A stretch of DNA of 64,000 nucleotides, taken from the NCBI GenBank assembly GCA_964016885.1, contig OZ024757.1, positions 12,276,001 through 12,340,000 of the forward strand, read 5' to 3'. The translations under genes were made by a program, and so were the position numbers. The notes beneath the pieces were generated by a model, which saw nothing but the letters and a program-made list of their open reading frames with translations, had not been told where the DNA came from and did no database searches. This DNA is from Eledone cirrhosa. Taxonomy: Eukaryota. The first letter of the stretch is position 1, and each line of letters starts with the position of its first letter. Shown piece by piece: positions 1 through 13,081 of this stretch.

Positions 1-232
1 TAACCAGTGCAGTTTTTATCCCCAGCATCCTCTTTTGTTATAACATTCGGGTTATCGTTATGTTTTCTTAACTTCATAAGGCATATTGTTGGTTGAGGGA
101 ATATTAATCAAAAACACCACATGCAAGTCTGCACAGTAGACACTACAGTTTTTAAGCCAAAAAAGAAACTTAACATTGTAACTTTAACACAGCTACTGAG
201 CGACCCCGAGCAACGCCGGGCTTTACTGCTAG
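1..232 (+). mobile_element. Helitron 3' end (5' part outside window)
   Basis: GC hairpin CCCCGAGCAACGCCGGG (about 204-220) followed by CTAG (229-232) then T. Near-identical end at 45422-45450. Confidence 0.7.
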
Positions 233-699
233 TATACTATATAATTATATAATTAATAATCTCCGGTTAATTTGCACAAACTATAAATATTACAATAACA
301 CTATAATAACAATATTATAAAATATTGGCATATAACTTAACAAATCATATAGAGTTACAGACAGGGTGAGAACAAATATCATACAGAACTAAATTGTGTT
401 GAAAAGATTATGCTGGAAAAATATCTATACCGTTGCAAGAAAACAGATGGAGGTCAAGTTTTTATACAATTGGTGTAAATAAATATTATCTAAACATTAC
501 AAAAATTATAAAAATATAAACATATTACAGAATTTACAAAATTTAACATAAGGGTACATCTAATAATCGGTAAATATTTAAGATCAATAGTACGTTTACA
601 AAGAGTGATATGATATAACAACTTCAATATCAAATAATTATTCACTTCCTTAGCAATTTTTACTTGATAATTTTTACTCGATAATTTTCCTATATTTTA

Positions 700-956
700 A
701 TGTATGTATACTCCATATTCTTCTGAGCTTTTGGCTTGTATTGGCCGATAGTGCTTCTTATAGCTTTACTTGCTCTGACGAGTCCTTAATAGGACGAAAC
801 ATTGTTGGCTAATAAAGACTTTTGATGTATTGAAGGATTCTTTGGTTTATTTTCATAATTCTTCGGCTCTGTTTAATTACATTGAGCTATACCTTTACTG
901 GCATTTCTATAATACGAAGAGGGTGTTTAACTCCAATACACTCTAGTATTTTAATT

Positions 957-958
<2 letters not shown>
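700..958 (+). mobile_element. Solo PLE 3' end (pseudo-LTR/tail) ending in (TA)n
   Basis: Hammerhead core, AATAAA, bulged hairpin (865-888) and tail are colinear with the element at 10400-10642 (-). 5' boundary approximate. Confidence 0.7.
771..810 (+). ncRNA. Type I minimal hammerhead ribozyme
   Basis: gct-CTGACGA-GTCC ttaata GGAC-GAAAC-att-GTT-ggc, followed by AATAAA. Stem I weakened relative to the copy at 10548-10592. Confidence 0.75.

Positions 959-1012
<54 letters not shown>
959..1012. repeat. (TA)n microsatellite
   Basis: Direct read. Confidence 0.98.
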
Positions 1013-1019
<7 letters not shown>

Positions 1020-1151
1020 GTGAGGGTTTTTTTACAAATTGAAAAATAACCGAGGTGTCCTACACGAGTGAAAGCATAAAGAAAAAGAGATGAAATCGAA
1101 AATGAAACTGGAGTCTTATTTTTTTTTTTAAATATATATATTTATTTGATT

Positions 1152-1189
1152 CCTTTACCGGTTTCGCAGTTCTTCTGCTTTTCAAAAGG
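1152..1189 (-). ncRNA. Variant hammerhead (U3-A8 core), mirror copy
   Basis: Reverse complement of 1262-1299. Confidence 0.7.
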
Positions 1190-1261
1190 TGAGTTGAGAT
1201 GGAGGGTCTGTGGTTTTTCTCACAGATGTGAGAAAAACCACACACCCTCCATCTCAACTCA

Positions 1262-1299
1262 CCTTTTGAAAAGCAGAAGAACTGCGAAACCGGTAAAGG
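1262..1299 (+). ncRNA. Variant hammerhead (U3-A8 core)
   Basis: CCTT-TTGAAAA-GCAG aagaa CTGC-GAAAC-CG-GTA-AAGG. Palindromic ACCGGT stem III, AATAAA at 1305-1310. Confidence 0.75.
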
Positions 1300-1367
1300 A
1301 ATCAAATAAATATATATATTTTTAAAAAAAAATAAGACTCCAGTTGCATTTTCGATTTCATCTCTTT

Positions 1368-1435
<68 letters not shown>

Positions 1436-2129
1436 TCACACTTACAGATACAGAGGAGCTGTTGGCCAAATAACTTTAGATATCAATGGGTTAAAGACAT
1501 ATGTAAAATCAATTAGAGGTCAGTTCTTCAGTCTAAAGTCCCTTGGAGAATGTCACCAAGTAATGTGTGTACAAGTTGAAAACATGTATTTATACATATC
1601 TATAAATCTCTATATATGTACATATACACACATACACCCACTCCCAGATATATATATTGAGTGAGTGTGAAAGACCAAAGGTCATTATTGAAAGTCTCTG
1701 GATGTGTATATTTCACAAGTTATTTTATATTTTTTATTGGAGAAGATAAGACCAGTCACTTGCACACTCTACTCTAAATAACAGTGTTGTACATTCACAA
1801 TTATTTAAAATTACAATCATAACATTCTGTATTAACATTTAGTATTACTGTATACTGCTAGTAATATGTACTATATATATACACTTTATTTAGTAAAAAA
1901 AACATTTTTCCTGCAAAAATTTGATTGCACTGTTTTGTTTTCACTTATGTATTTTTTGAAAATGTAATTTATTCATCATAAAAATTAAATGATAGCATTC
2001 TATATGTGGGTGGGCACCTTTTATCTCCTGGCAACCAATATTTTTAGACCTAGTCCACCACTCTATCTCTCTCTCTCTCCCTCTCTCTCTATATATATAT
2101 ATATCGTCAGTCGATCGACTTTCATCAAA

Positions 2130-3344
2130 TTGGACCGAGGAAACATTATTTCCAATTACTAATACTATCTAAAGCTCCTTGGACATGAGATGAACCCATC
2201 CAAGTGTGAGGCAACAAACGTCAGCTACAGAGAAGCTGAATTCCACAATGCCATACTCAGCACCCATCCTGTCCTGTCCGGGCCCTGGCTAACACCCAAA
2301 GACCTCGCATGCATTCTCACCTCTCCATTTCTCTCAAAAGCCATAAGAGAATACTTGGGGAACTGCTTCGCCCTCCCCAAATTTATGTTCATGCTGCGCG
2401 GTGCACCTTGCCACCCACGCACGGATCTTCTTGGAGAACTTGACGCCACCATCCAATGTTGTGCAGAACTCATCTGCAATGTCAGTTTCAACAGCACCGA
2501 CTGGCAACAGGCAAAGATCCTAGTGAGGTTTGTTGCCCTCGCCTCCAATCAGCTTTCGATCTGGCTCTACCTGCGTACCATTCCTCAATCTCCTCCAGTC
2601 GTGTTCTCATCAACCAGGTTCTCAGCCAGATGACCAAACCAGATGTGGTCCCAGGGATTGAACAGGCTCTGGCCGACTGGACAGGCGAAGGCTCCTCTGC
2701 CCCCAAGTATACAAATATCCAACGCAACTAGGACGACATCAAATGTAGGTGTACTTTCAGTCTGGCTTAGACAAACACCACCTCACCTGCTTCCACTCCG
2801 CCTCACAGCCAAAAATCAGAGTGTGTCTCAATTCGGTGCCCTCCTCATAAACTGGTACACTTCGTGGTGACAAGTGCACTCACATCAGAAAGGCACAATG
2901 CCTCGGCTTCTGCGTGTATGTGTTACACAAATGCCGTTGTAGGGCAGTCATAGTCAAGCTCTGCATGCATCCACTGTGTTGCTGCCAGAGTACAGGCTGG
3001 TTCCCCCAACATACCGCTCTCAACGACATATTGAGAAGGAACCTGGACGGAACTGACTTCTCATCACAACTGGAGTCAGCGGGCCTTGACCACGGAGATA
3101 GCAAGTGCCGTGATGGAATCAGCCTCTTCCCATTCGAAGGAGGTAGATCCCTCATTAACACCGTGCCCTAGTCCCAGACCCTAATCACCTTCCCCATTCT
3201 TCTGTGACTCTAGAGCCCTTCGGTTTCCCTTTCTTTGCCATTTAAAAAAAATATTTTCTTATTTTACATTCCATTCTTTCTTCTCAATCTAAATTGTTTT
3301 ATTCATTTTCGATGTCGACGATTGAACAGATCTTATAAAATAAA

Positions 3345-3350
<6 letters not shown>
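2130..3350 (+). mobile_element. Decayed CRE-like non-LTR retrotransposon (RT C-terminus and restriction-like endonuclease)
   Basis: Frameshifted ORFs containing WQQAKILVRF, DLALPAYHSS, CRC..HPLCC, HTALNDILRR, LESAGLDHGDSKCRDG. Confidence 0.65.
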
Positions 3351-3602
<252 letters not shown>

Positions 3603-3604
3603 TA

Positions 3605-4246
3605 AGTATATTTCATTTTAATCAAAGATTTCCCCGGGGGCACAAACCCCGCTGAAAATCTTTTCCTTCGATTTATATGAAATTTAAACCATAGGTAAAT
3701 GACAAGATATAATGTCTATTCACAAAATTTCAGCAAATTTCAATAACATTAGGACACCCTAACGGGGGTTAAACCCCCTATTGTGGAAATTTTGGAAGCC
3801 CATAACTTGAGTATTGGAACCTCTATTATCACGGTTTTTCTATTAATTAAACGAAAATCAACAAAAAAGCACACCCCTTTTACGTTGTTTACCCTGAAGT
3901 TCTTCATTAGGACGAAGTATGAAATATATTTTCATGTATTTATTATGCTATAAAATAAATAATTAAACTTTGAATTTCTAATTTGAAAATAATGCTTTAC
4001 ACAAAAATGAAATACACAACTTTTGAATTGATATTTTGAAAAAAATTATTTACAAGAAACAACATAAGAATAAGATTTAATAATGTAATTTTGATTTGTT
4101 TTCCAATGTTTCATACATTACATTTTACATGAAGTAATATTGAAATGCAGAGTTTTTCTCCATAAATTATATCACTCATCAATCAATCATCATTTTCTTA
4201 CAAAAGAAATGTGTGAAACGCAGCAAGGCACGGGTAATTCAGCTAG
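3605..4246 (+). mobile_element. Probable non-autonomous Helitron
   Basis: 3' end GCAAGGCACGGGTAATTCAG-CTAG(T) at about 4223-4246. 5' boundary uncertain. Confidence 0.5.
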
Positions 4247-4277
4247 TATATATATATATGTGTGTGTATATATATAT

Positions 4278-4311
<34 letters not shown>

Positions 4312-4315
<4 letters not shown>

Positions 4316-5832
4316 ATTTTACCAGTTCCAAACTATGCAAAATTGAGTAAAATGTTACGTTTCAGAGGCAGTCCTGGGTGCAAGGGAGTGGACTAAAAAA
4401 AATTATTGTTTTTGCTGGGGTTGTCCGCTCCCTTGTGAACTTCAGAACTTCCCGACAGCTCAGCGTAGATACAGAGGTGTGGGAAGTTGACCACTTAACC
4501 ACCACCCAGATTACTACTACCATAGGTGATTCTCCCCAGCCACCAGTCCCCCACCATCTTAGCTGGCAATATGATACGGTCACAGAGATTTCAATTCAGC
4601 CACAGATTTGTTGTTTACTGCTATAGCTTCGGTGTTCGGCAGAATTCTGTGTTTGGGTGTGTGTGTCCCCATCTTCCATATATGGCGGGAGAATATACCG
4701 ACCAATAACCACAAAGGGAGAATATAATTTAAAGCTATGAGTAATATTAATTATCATTAGAAAGTGAAATTACAGATCAAACATTTTTAATTTAAAACTT
4801 CAAAATTCTAAAAATTCAAAAATTTTTAATTTAAGAAATTAAAAATTAGAAATCTAGAAATTTAGATATTAGTCGAATATAGTAAGAATAATATCTAACT
4901 GGTTGTTGTGTATATTCATAATAGGAATTGGGTTCAAAATTGGATATTAAATGTTGGTCATGATGCAGGGAATAGCCTATTAATTTGTTATGACTCCATA
5001 CTAGAAAAAAAATCGGCATCTTAATGAAAATGACAGGTGAAATTTAAAGTATAGAAGGTAATAATTAGATAATGATATAGTTGGTATCTGAGTCATTCTA
5101 GTAGGGATAAATAAGAATACATGTATCAGGAAAATGTAAGGAAAAGTACATAGAAGAAAAGATAAAAGGGAAAAAGGAATCATAAAGAAAATAAAGGAAA
5201 AAATATGTGAAAAATGTCCGAATGGAAAGAAATTATAGAGTCCAATTATATTCAGTGCTTTGGATGTTCTGGTCAGTCTAGTCACAGCCGGGTACAAATA
5301 GACTTCTCTGGCTGTCCATAGTTAGGTGAGCTAGAATGGGACATAGTAGGAGATCTTGTTTCCAGGGTTTAGTGTGAGGAAAAAGGTGATGCAGGAAAAT
5401 AAGGGGTTATCGATGCTTTTGGTTCTCTCATTAATCTGGTCGAAAGTTGGTTCATAGTTAAATTTCTGTCAACTGTTAGAGATGTCCAACAGTTTCTGGG
5501 TGTAGCCTAAATTTCTAGATTTCTAACTTTTAATTTTTGAAATTTGAAATGTTTAAATATTTAGATTTTTGAAGTTTTAAATTTATAATTTTCGATCTGT
5601 AATTTTATTTTCTAATGATAATTAATATTAACGATAGCATTAACCCTTTAGCATTTACATTACTATTATATTTTCATGGTAAAGACTTTATCTCACATAA
5701 TTATCTCACATAATATAGAATCTACAAGATTTTAATTATGTCATTATTTATTTCTCACTTTGTGGTGATTGGTCAGTATATTCTCCCTCCATAAACAGAT
5801 GGTGGGGAAGTACACACCCAAACACAGAATTG
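4312..5832. mobile_element. Older unclassified element with inverted arms (about 4643-4865 vs 5507-5832)
   Basis: Divergent inverted repeat. Right arm is interrupted at about 5640-5750 and ends in the (GTG)n array. Left arm runs on to (TA)n. Confidence 0.55.
5640..5750 (+). mobile_element. piggyBac-like MITE terminus fragment
   Basis: TTAA-CCCTTTAGCATTT begins an insertion that interrupts the inverted arm. Confidence 0.4.
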
Positions 5833-7035
5833 TGGTGGTGGTGGTGGCAGTGCTGGTGATAGTGGTGGTGGTAATAATGGTAGTGGTGGTGGCAGTGGTG
5901 GTGATAGCGGTGGCGGTGGTGGTGATAATGGTAGTGGTGGTGGCAGTGGTGGTAGTAGTGGTGGTGGTGGTGGTGATAGTGGTGGTGGCAGTGGTGGTGA
6001 TAGTGGTGATAGTGGTGGTGGTGGTGGTGATAGTCGTGGTGGCAGTGGTGGTGATAGTGGTGGTGATAGTGGTGTGGTGGTGGTGATAATGGTAGTGGTG
6101 GTGGCAGTGGAAGTAGTGGTGGTGGTGGTGGTGGTTATAATGGTAGTGGTGGTGGAGATACTAGTGATAGTGGTAGTGGTGGTAGTGATGGTGGTGATGG
6201 GTGTGGTAGTAGTTGTGGTAGTGATAGTGGTGGTGGGTGTGGTAGTGGTGGTGGTGGGGATGGTGGTGGTGGTAGTTTAGCAGGTGGTGGTGGTGGTGGT
6301 AGCACTGGGTGTGGTGTTGGTAGTGGTTGTAGTAGTAGTAGTTGTAGTAGTAATAGTATTGGTAGAAGTGGTAGTAGTAGTGATAGTGGTAGTGGTGTTA
6401 GTAGTAGTAGTGGTGTTAGTAGTAGTAGTGGTGTTGGTAGATGTAGTAGTAGTAGTAGCAGTAGTAGTAGTAGTGGTTGTAGTAGTGATAGTGGTGGAGG
6501 TGGTAGTAGTGGTGGTAACAACAGTAGTAGTAGTGGTAGATGTAGTAGTGATAGTGGTGGTGGTGGTAGTAGTGGTGGTAAAAGTAGTAGTAGTGCAAGT
6601 AGCTGTACTAGTAGTAATGGTGGTGGTGGTGTTGGTAGTATTAGTAGTAATGGTGGTGGTAGTAGTAGTAGTGGTAGTAGTAGTGGTAGTGGTGGTGGTG
6701 GTAATAGCAGTAGTAGTAATGGTGGTAGTAGTAGCAGTAGTAGTAGTAGTAATGTTGGTAGTAGTAGCAGTAGTAGTAGTAGTAATGGTGGTAGTAGTAT
6801 TAGTAGCAGTAGTAGTAGTAGTAATGTTGGTAGTAGTAGCAGTAGTAGTAGGAGTAATGGTGGTAGTAGTAGCAGTAGCAATATCAGTAGTAGTAGTAGC
6901 AGTAGCAGTAGTAGTAATGGTGGTAGTAGTAGCAGTAGCAGTAGTAGTAGTAATGGTGGTGGTAGTAGTAGCAGTAGTAGTAATGGTGGTAGTAGTAGCA
7001 GTAGCAGTAGTAGCAATGGTAGCAGCAGTAGTGGG
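5832..7035. repeat. Compound (GTG)n/(GTA)n/(GCA)n trinucleotide array
   Basis: Direct read. Source of the poly-V/L/P ORFs. Confidence 0.97.
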
Positions 7036-7246
7036 AAGAGGAAGAGGAAGAGGAGGTCATTCTAGACAAACCCTCCCAGTCATTCCAAAAGGAAATAAGT
7101 GATGAAATCTGAGCCTGTTTGAAAAGAATCAACACTTTGGACTCTCCACAAAGATGAGGGCAGACCTTGGTAGAGGTGAAAAATCAGAGCTGTTCACCCT
7201 GAATCTATTAAGTCTTGAGGATGGAACACTTCCTGTAGATTGAAAA

Positions 7247-7405
7247 GGGCAGTGGATTGGCAGTATTGGTAGAGAGTCAGACGCCATGCTTTGAGGCATA
7301 GAGTTACAACCCTTTATGGTTTGAGTTTAAATCCCGCCAAGGTTAATTTTGCCTTTCATCCTTACGGGGTCGATAGAATAAAACACCAGCAATGCACTAG
7401 GGCAT
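7247..7405 (+). mobile_element. tRNA-derived SINE (Nin/Deu-domain-like)
   Basis: A/B-box-like head and TTTGCCTTTCATCC..GGGGTCGATA..AAA core. Related copies at about 27895-28016 (+), 56865-57045 (-) and 58360-58660 (+). Confidence 0.7.
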
Positions 7406-7559
7406 TGTTTCCCAAAGTGGGCAGTACCACCCCTCACCCCTGGGGCCCCCTGTGCTTTGATATCGGGGTGCGGTTGGGCGGTGACAGTGTAGTATTAAAA
7501 AAAAGAAAAAAAAGCTATTTATTGTTTTATTCTTTTTTTTACAAATATATTGCATATGT

Positions 7560-8846
7560 ATATTAAAGACATATAGACATCTATATTAAAGACATATAGA
7601 CATCTATATTAAAGATATATAGACATATATAATAGAGGCATATAGACATCTATAATAAAGACATCTAGACATCTATAATAAAGACATATAGACATCTATA
7701 ATATAGACATATAGACATCTATAATATAGACATATAGACATCTATAATATAGACATATAGACATCTATAATATAGACATATAGACATCTATAATATATAC
7801 ACATAGACATCTATAATATAGACATATATACATCTATAATAGAGGCATCTAGACATCTATAATATATACATATAGACATCTATAATAAAGACATCTAAAC
7901 ATCTATAATAGAGGCATATAGACATCTATAATATAGACATATAGACATCTATAATAAAGACATATAGACATCTATAATAAAGACATATAGACATCTATAA
8001 TAAAGACATATAGACATCTATATTAAAGACGTATAGACATCTATAATAGAGGCATATAGACATCTATAATATAGACATATAGACATCTATAATATATACA
8101 TATAGACATCTATAATAAAGACATATAGACATCTATAATAGAGGCATATAGACATCTATAATATAGACATATAGACATCTATGATAAAGACATATAGACA
8201 TCTATAATAAAGACATATAGACATCTATAATAAAGACATATAGACATCTACAATAAAGACATATAGACATCTACAATAAAGACATATAGACATCTACAAT
8301 AAAGACATATAGACATCTACAATAAAGACATCTAGACATCTATAATAAAGACATATAGACATCTATAATAAAGACATATAGACATCTATAATAAAGACAT
8401 ATAGACATCTATAATATAGACATATAGACATCTATAATATAGACATCTAGACATCTATAATATAGACATATAGACATCTATAATATAGACATAGACATCT
8501 ATAATAAAGACATATAGACACCTATAATAAAGACATCTAGACATCTATAATATAGACATCTAGACATCTATAATATAGACATATAGACATCTATAATAAA
8601 GACATATAGACATCTATAATAAAGACATATAGACTTCTAGACATATAGACATCCATATTAAAGACATATAGACATCTATAATAAAGACATATAGACATCT
8701 ATAATATAGACATACAGACATCTATAATAAAGACATATAGACATCTATTATATAGACATATAGACATCTATAATAAAGACATATAGACATCTATAATAAA
8801 GACATCTATAATAAAGACATATAGACATCTATAACATAGACATCTA
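7560..8846 (+). repeat. 23-bp minisatellite AGACATATAGACATCTATAATA(A/T), about 55 copies
   Basis: Direct read. Confidence 0.95.
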
Positions 8847-9130
8847 TGAGACTGTGTAGATTCTAGACAATCTCATAGATGTCTTCTCCTTATTGGCAAA
8901 ATCGCATTCTTTTTACATCTACGTTACTAATGATAAACTAACATCATCACCATCATTGTTTTATGTCCACTTTTTCTGCTAGTAAGCTTTGGATGTGTCA
9001 TCATAGACTGATGGTGGTTGTCGCTGAGGGTATTGCCTGTGGGGAGGCGGTGGGCCCAAAAGTTTGAGAATCTCTACACTAGGGTAATTACTGGCCTTGT
9101 GCCAAAAGTAGAAACAATACATCTATCTAT

Positions 9131-9773
9131 GTAAATTTTATAAAAGGTGGGTGAATATGGCAAAGATGGCCCGAGTGGTTGGGCTTTCTCTCTATATAAG
9201 CCTGTAGGTTGAGGAAAAAGAGGAAGGGAGTACTCACTCTTGGTGCTCCTAGAGATGAGGGTTGTACATTTTTGGGGGGGGTGTACAACCCCTGCGTAAT
9301 ACCTCCCCACTATTGGGGATTTCAATTGTAATTTGTTATTGTATTAATAGTTTTATTTTCATATAACTGTATGTAAACTTCCCATTTGTATTTTTCCCCT
9401 TCTTTTGTGCCCTTGTGGCTAATAAAGAAATATATCTATCTAACTATGCTGTCGAGTATGGGACAAATCCAGTTGACTGTCGAGTCCATAGTAAGGATCA
9501 AACCGCCAGCCTCTTTCCAAAACGAAAGAGAGGCGGTTGTCCTCTGTACGGTGGCTATGGTGAAAGAAGTTATATGGTGGACGACATTGAGAGGACTGAG
9601 GACAGATGCCTTTCTCTCCTGACAACAATTGATTCCCTTCTTTAAGTATCACTTTAGAAGGAGAATCAGGGCGGAGAGAGAGGCACTGCACCCCAGTAAA
9701 TTTACTGAAAGCTGGGGGAATGTAGCAAAAATGGCCCGAGTGAATGGGCCTTCTCTGAATATAAACTTGTAGG

Positions 9774-9774
<1 letters not shown>
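9131..9774 (+). mobile_element. Non-coding element with about 79-bp terminal direct repeats (9131-9209, 9696-9774)
   Basis: Divergent direct repeat at a period of about 565 bp, AATAAA at 9421, ends in (TA)n. Confidence 0.55.
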
Positions 9775-9817
<43 letters not shown>

Positions 9818-9820
<3 letters not shown>

Positions 9821-10336
9821 AAAATTAAGATAGATTAAAAAGAATTCAATCAGAATCAAAATTGTGGGTGTCATTCCTTAACGGAATGCGCCATATCGCC
9901 CGGAAAATAAGCTCTAGGACCTTGTAGGTACGAGCATTTTATAATAATAACTAGGAATTGATCAACATATGTATATAAATAAATATAAACATGAAAAATC
10001 ACAGGAGATAATTTTTACAAGCGTGTAACCATGCATGGCTAGTAGGTAACAAATAAATAAAGTTAACTAGAACTTCAAAAATATATACCTTTTAATGATT
10101 AATCTTCCCTGTATATATTTCATTAAAGAAATATATTTCACCAGAAATATATTTCTTTAATGAAATATATACAGGGAAGATTAATCATTAAAAGGTATAT
10201 ATTTTTGAAGTTCTAGTTAACTTTATTTATTTGTTACCTACTAGCCATGCGTGGTTACACGCTTGTAAAAATTATCTCCTGTGATTTTTCATGTTTATAT
10301 TTATTTATATATATATGTTGATCAATTCCTAGTTAT

Positions 10337-10342
<6 letters not shown>
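9818..10342. mobile_element. Head-to-head palindrome (9941-10139 / 10144-10342) with left tail 9818-9940, probable PLE end
   Basis: Near-perfect 200-bp arms, ACCA spacer, flanking (TA)n, bulged hairpin at 9911-9935 (-). No intact hammerhead seen. Confidence 0.7.
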
Positions 10343-10399
<57 letters not shown>

Positions 10400-10400
<1 letters not shown>

Positions 10401-10639
10401 ACGATAAAAATATTTGAGTGCATTAGAGTTAAACACACTCGTCGTATTAGAGAAATGACAGTATAAGATATAGCTCAATGTTATCAAACAGAGCCGAAAA
10501 ATTATATAAATTAACAAACAAGCCTTTAATACATTGAAAATCTTTATTTGCTGACAATGTTTCGTCCCATTAATTAGCACTCATCAGAGCAAGGAAAAGA
10601 CAAGAAATATCATCGGCTAGAACAAGCCAAAATTCAGAA

Positions 10640-10642
<3 letters not shown>
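10400..10642 (-). mobile_element. Solo PLE 3' end of about 245 bp between (TA)n arrays
   Basis: Colinear with 700-958. Contains hammerhead, AATAAA and bulged hairpin (10472-10495). Confidence 0.75.
10548..10592 (-). ncRNA. Type I minimal hammerhead ribozyme
   Basis: TTGCT-CTGATGA-gtgctaattaatgggac-GAAAC-att-GTC-AGCAA then AATAAA. Canonical core, GUC triplet, 5-bp stem I, one mismatch in stem II. Confidence 0.85.
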
Positions 10643-10699
<57 letters not shown>

Positions 10700-10926
10700 A
10701 TATATATATATATATGTATATATATGTGTATGTATATATATATATATATGTGTATGTATATATATATATATATGTATATGTATGTATATATATGTATATA
10801 TATGAATATATATATATACATATATATATATGTGTATGTATATATATATATATATATGTATATGTATGTGTATATATATATGTGTATGTATATATATATA
10901 TATGTATATGTATGTATATATATATG

Positions 10927-10957
<31 letters not shown>

Positions 10958-10962
10958 GTATA

Positions 10963-11017
<55 letters not shown>

Positions 11018-11098
11018 GTATATGTATGTATATATATGTATATATATATATATGTATATGTATGTATATGTATATATATATATATATGTAAATGTATG

Positions 11099-11155
<57 letters not shown>

Positions 11156-11235
11156 ATGTATGTATATATATATATATGTATATATATGTGTATATATATT
11201 TATATATGTGTATATATATATATGTATATATATAT
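10643..11235. repeat. (TA)n/(TATG)n array
   Basis: Direct read. Confidence 0.97.
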
Positions 11236-11275
11236 ATGAAATATAAGAATCAAAGAACTGTTCAAAACATTATTG

Positions 11276-11322
11276 TGCTTACAGCTGTTTCCTCCAAACC
11301 GAGGTTTGGATTCTTCGGAGCA
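11276..11322 (-). ncRNA. Variant hammerhead (CCGAAGA core), family A
   Basis: TGCT-CCGAAGA-aTCCAAAC ctcg GTTTGGAg-GAAAC-agct-GTA-AGCA. Confidence 0.7.
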
Positions 11323-12772
11323 ATTTATTAATGCATGGACAGTTATATGACCTCCTTTTCAGCCAAGAGACATACCGATACATATGCAAATATTGTGGGT
11401 CAACATTCATTACAGAATTTAGAGTGGCAGTACACACTTCGAGATTACATTCATATTAAGAGGTACAATCAAAAATCAAAAATACAGGTTAAAATACAAC
11501 ATGAAGATAAGCGGTTATATAGTGCAAATGTTATATGTGTGGCACGCATGTGCGTCTTGTTTATATAGTGTGGCAGAGAGATATGTGTGGTAGAGGCACT
11601 TAGGTAGGTAAACAAGAGTGTTAGGTTGGTAGATCTGGTGGCAAATTCTTTATATGATTGATATAGTCTGTGTGTGGAGAAATGTTATAAGCATTAAAAA
11701 TAGTGCAAGCATTAAAAGTGTTAAAAGTATTGGAGATGCACAGCGAAGGGATGTCAAGTATTTCATGTACTTCGACATTTTCATGGTCAGGGGAGTGTAT
11801 TTTTCGATTATATGCCCCTCACATAATCCACGACAATTCGATATTGAGCGTTTGACAATCCAGTTAGAGAATCGTAGTCTGGTGTTCATTAGTTCAATAC
11901 AGGAGGCTGTTACGTTTCGAGAAACGCCATTGAATACCTCCCGGAAGTGTGTGTGTGGCTAAGGGGAGTTAATGCATGCGGGGAGGTAACTCCGGGGTTT
12001 CTATACCTAGCTATTAAAATGTGTCACAATGTAGACCCTAATTTCTATGGTGATGCGCATCCTCCAAAAAAATGTTTAAAGCATAAAGTGTATTAACTAT
12101 AGAGTAGTTTAATTAAGTTATGCTGAAGGTGTTCATATTATTATGGTGGATTAACCCCCATCGTAAGATGCCACAAATGGATATTATAGATGATGAGCGA
12201 GGATTCTAAATTAATGATCTCTGTGGTTGTAGTCTACTCATAGGACCAGGCGCGGTGATTGCAGGAATGCTTCAGGACCCAATGATCTCTGGTAAGTTCT
12301 GGGTCATCGCTTGCTACATTGGATGTCGAAAGATAATCATCTCCAGGCCGGCCAGAGGTCAATCCGCAGTCCTCGCGACCCCTCTCTGACCGCCAGATCA
12401 TCCATATATGTACAACCCGCACGCCAGTTGCAATGCATTCACTCACTGCGCTCAGCATCCTGGTCCTACTGCTCAACAGCGTTACTAGATTAAATCGTTT
12501 TTCATCTGTCTAAGGAAGGTGCTTCCTCTTCACAACACTATCAAACCCATTAATTCATGCTTAAATTACCTATAGAGCGGTGTAGTGCAGTTCAAGTGGG
12601 TGGATGTTGTCAAACCTGACGTAGAGGTATAAATAGGTATTCTCCCTGCGAAGGGTTCCAGATGGATGTCGTTGTTTGTGTTATATTAGATCAGTTAGTG
12701 TTGGGTATGTAGTATAAGGTGTGCCTCTGGTGTTTGATGCTAGATGTGGTGTTAGGTTCCAGTCCGACATTG

Positions 12773-13081
12773 CTATATATTGGGCTTAAAGTTTTGGAAG
12801 GAATGTCTGAAGCGGTGCTGGCAAGTTGCAAACACCTCAGATTTTTTGTTAAGTAGGTTACGGTTGGAGAAGATAATATTGTGTGTCTCTAGTATACAGA
12901 GGTTACAAAATTTATTAGGTGGTTTGTACGAGGTCGCGCTGCCTATCACTTCCCATTTGAGTGTGTATGGTTTATTTTTAGTTTTTAGATAGTGTATGTA
13001 GCTAGAAAGTGAGGTGGAGTTTGCTAGGCTGTGCTTTTTGAACGAGTGGATGTGTGAATTATATCTGATTTTGAAGCAGTT
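12773..13081 (-). pseudogene. GIY-YIG endonuclease C-terminal fragment, PLE family A
   Basis: CFKIRYNSH...CNLC.LE...LLNKKSE...CQHR, identical to the end of ORF 38106-39059. Confidence 0.85.

Larger units (their letters stand above)
1013..1370. mobile_element. Head-to-head palindromic non-coding PLE end: arms 1081-1224 and 1227-1370, left arm with extra tail 1013-1080
   Basis: Near-perfect inverted repeat centred at 1225-1226, a hammerhead-like motif in each arm, (TA)n on both sides. Confidence 0.8.

Noticed and set aside
4340-4450. CTGAAG...GAAACGTA on the minus strand as a hammerhead
   Set aside because: Core incomplete and stem I too weak.
7560-8846. Regular array superficially CRISPR-like
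   Set aside because: Head-to-tail 23-bp units with no unique spacers or cas genes, in a eukaryotic context.
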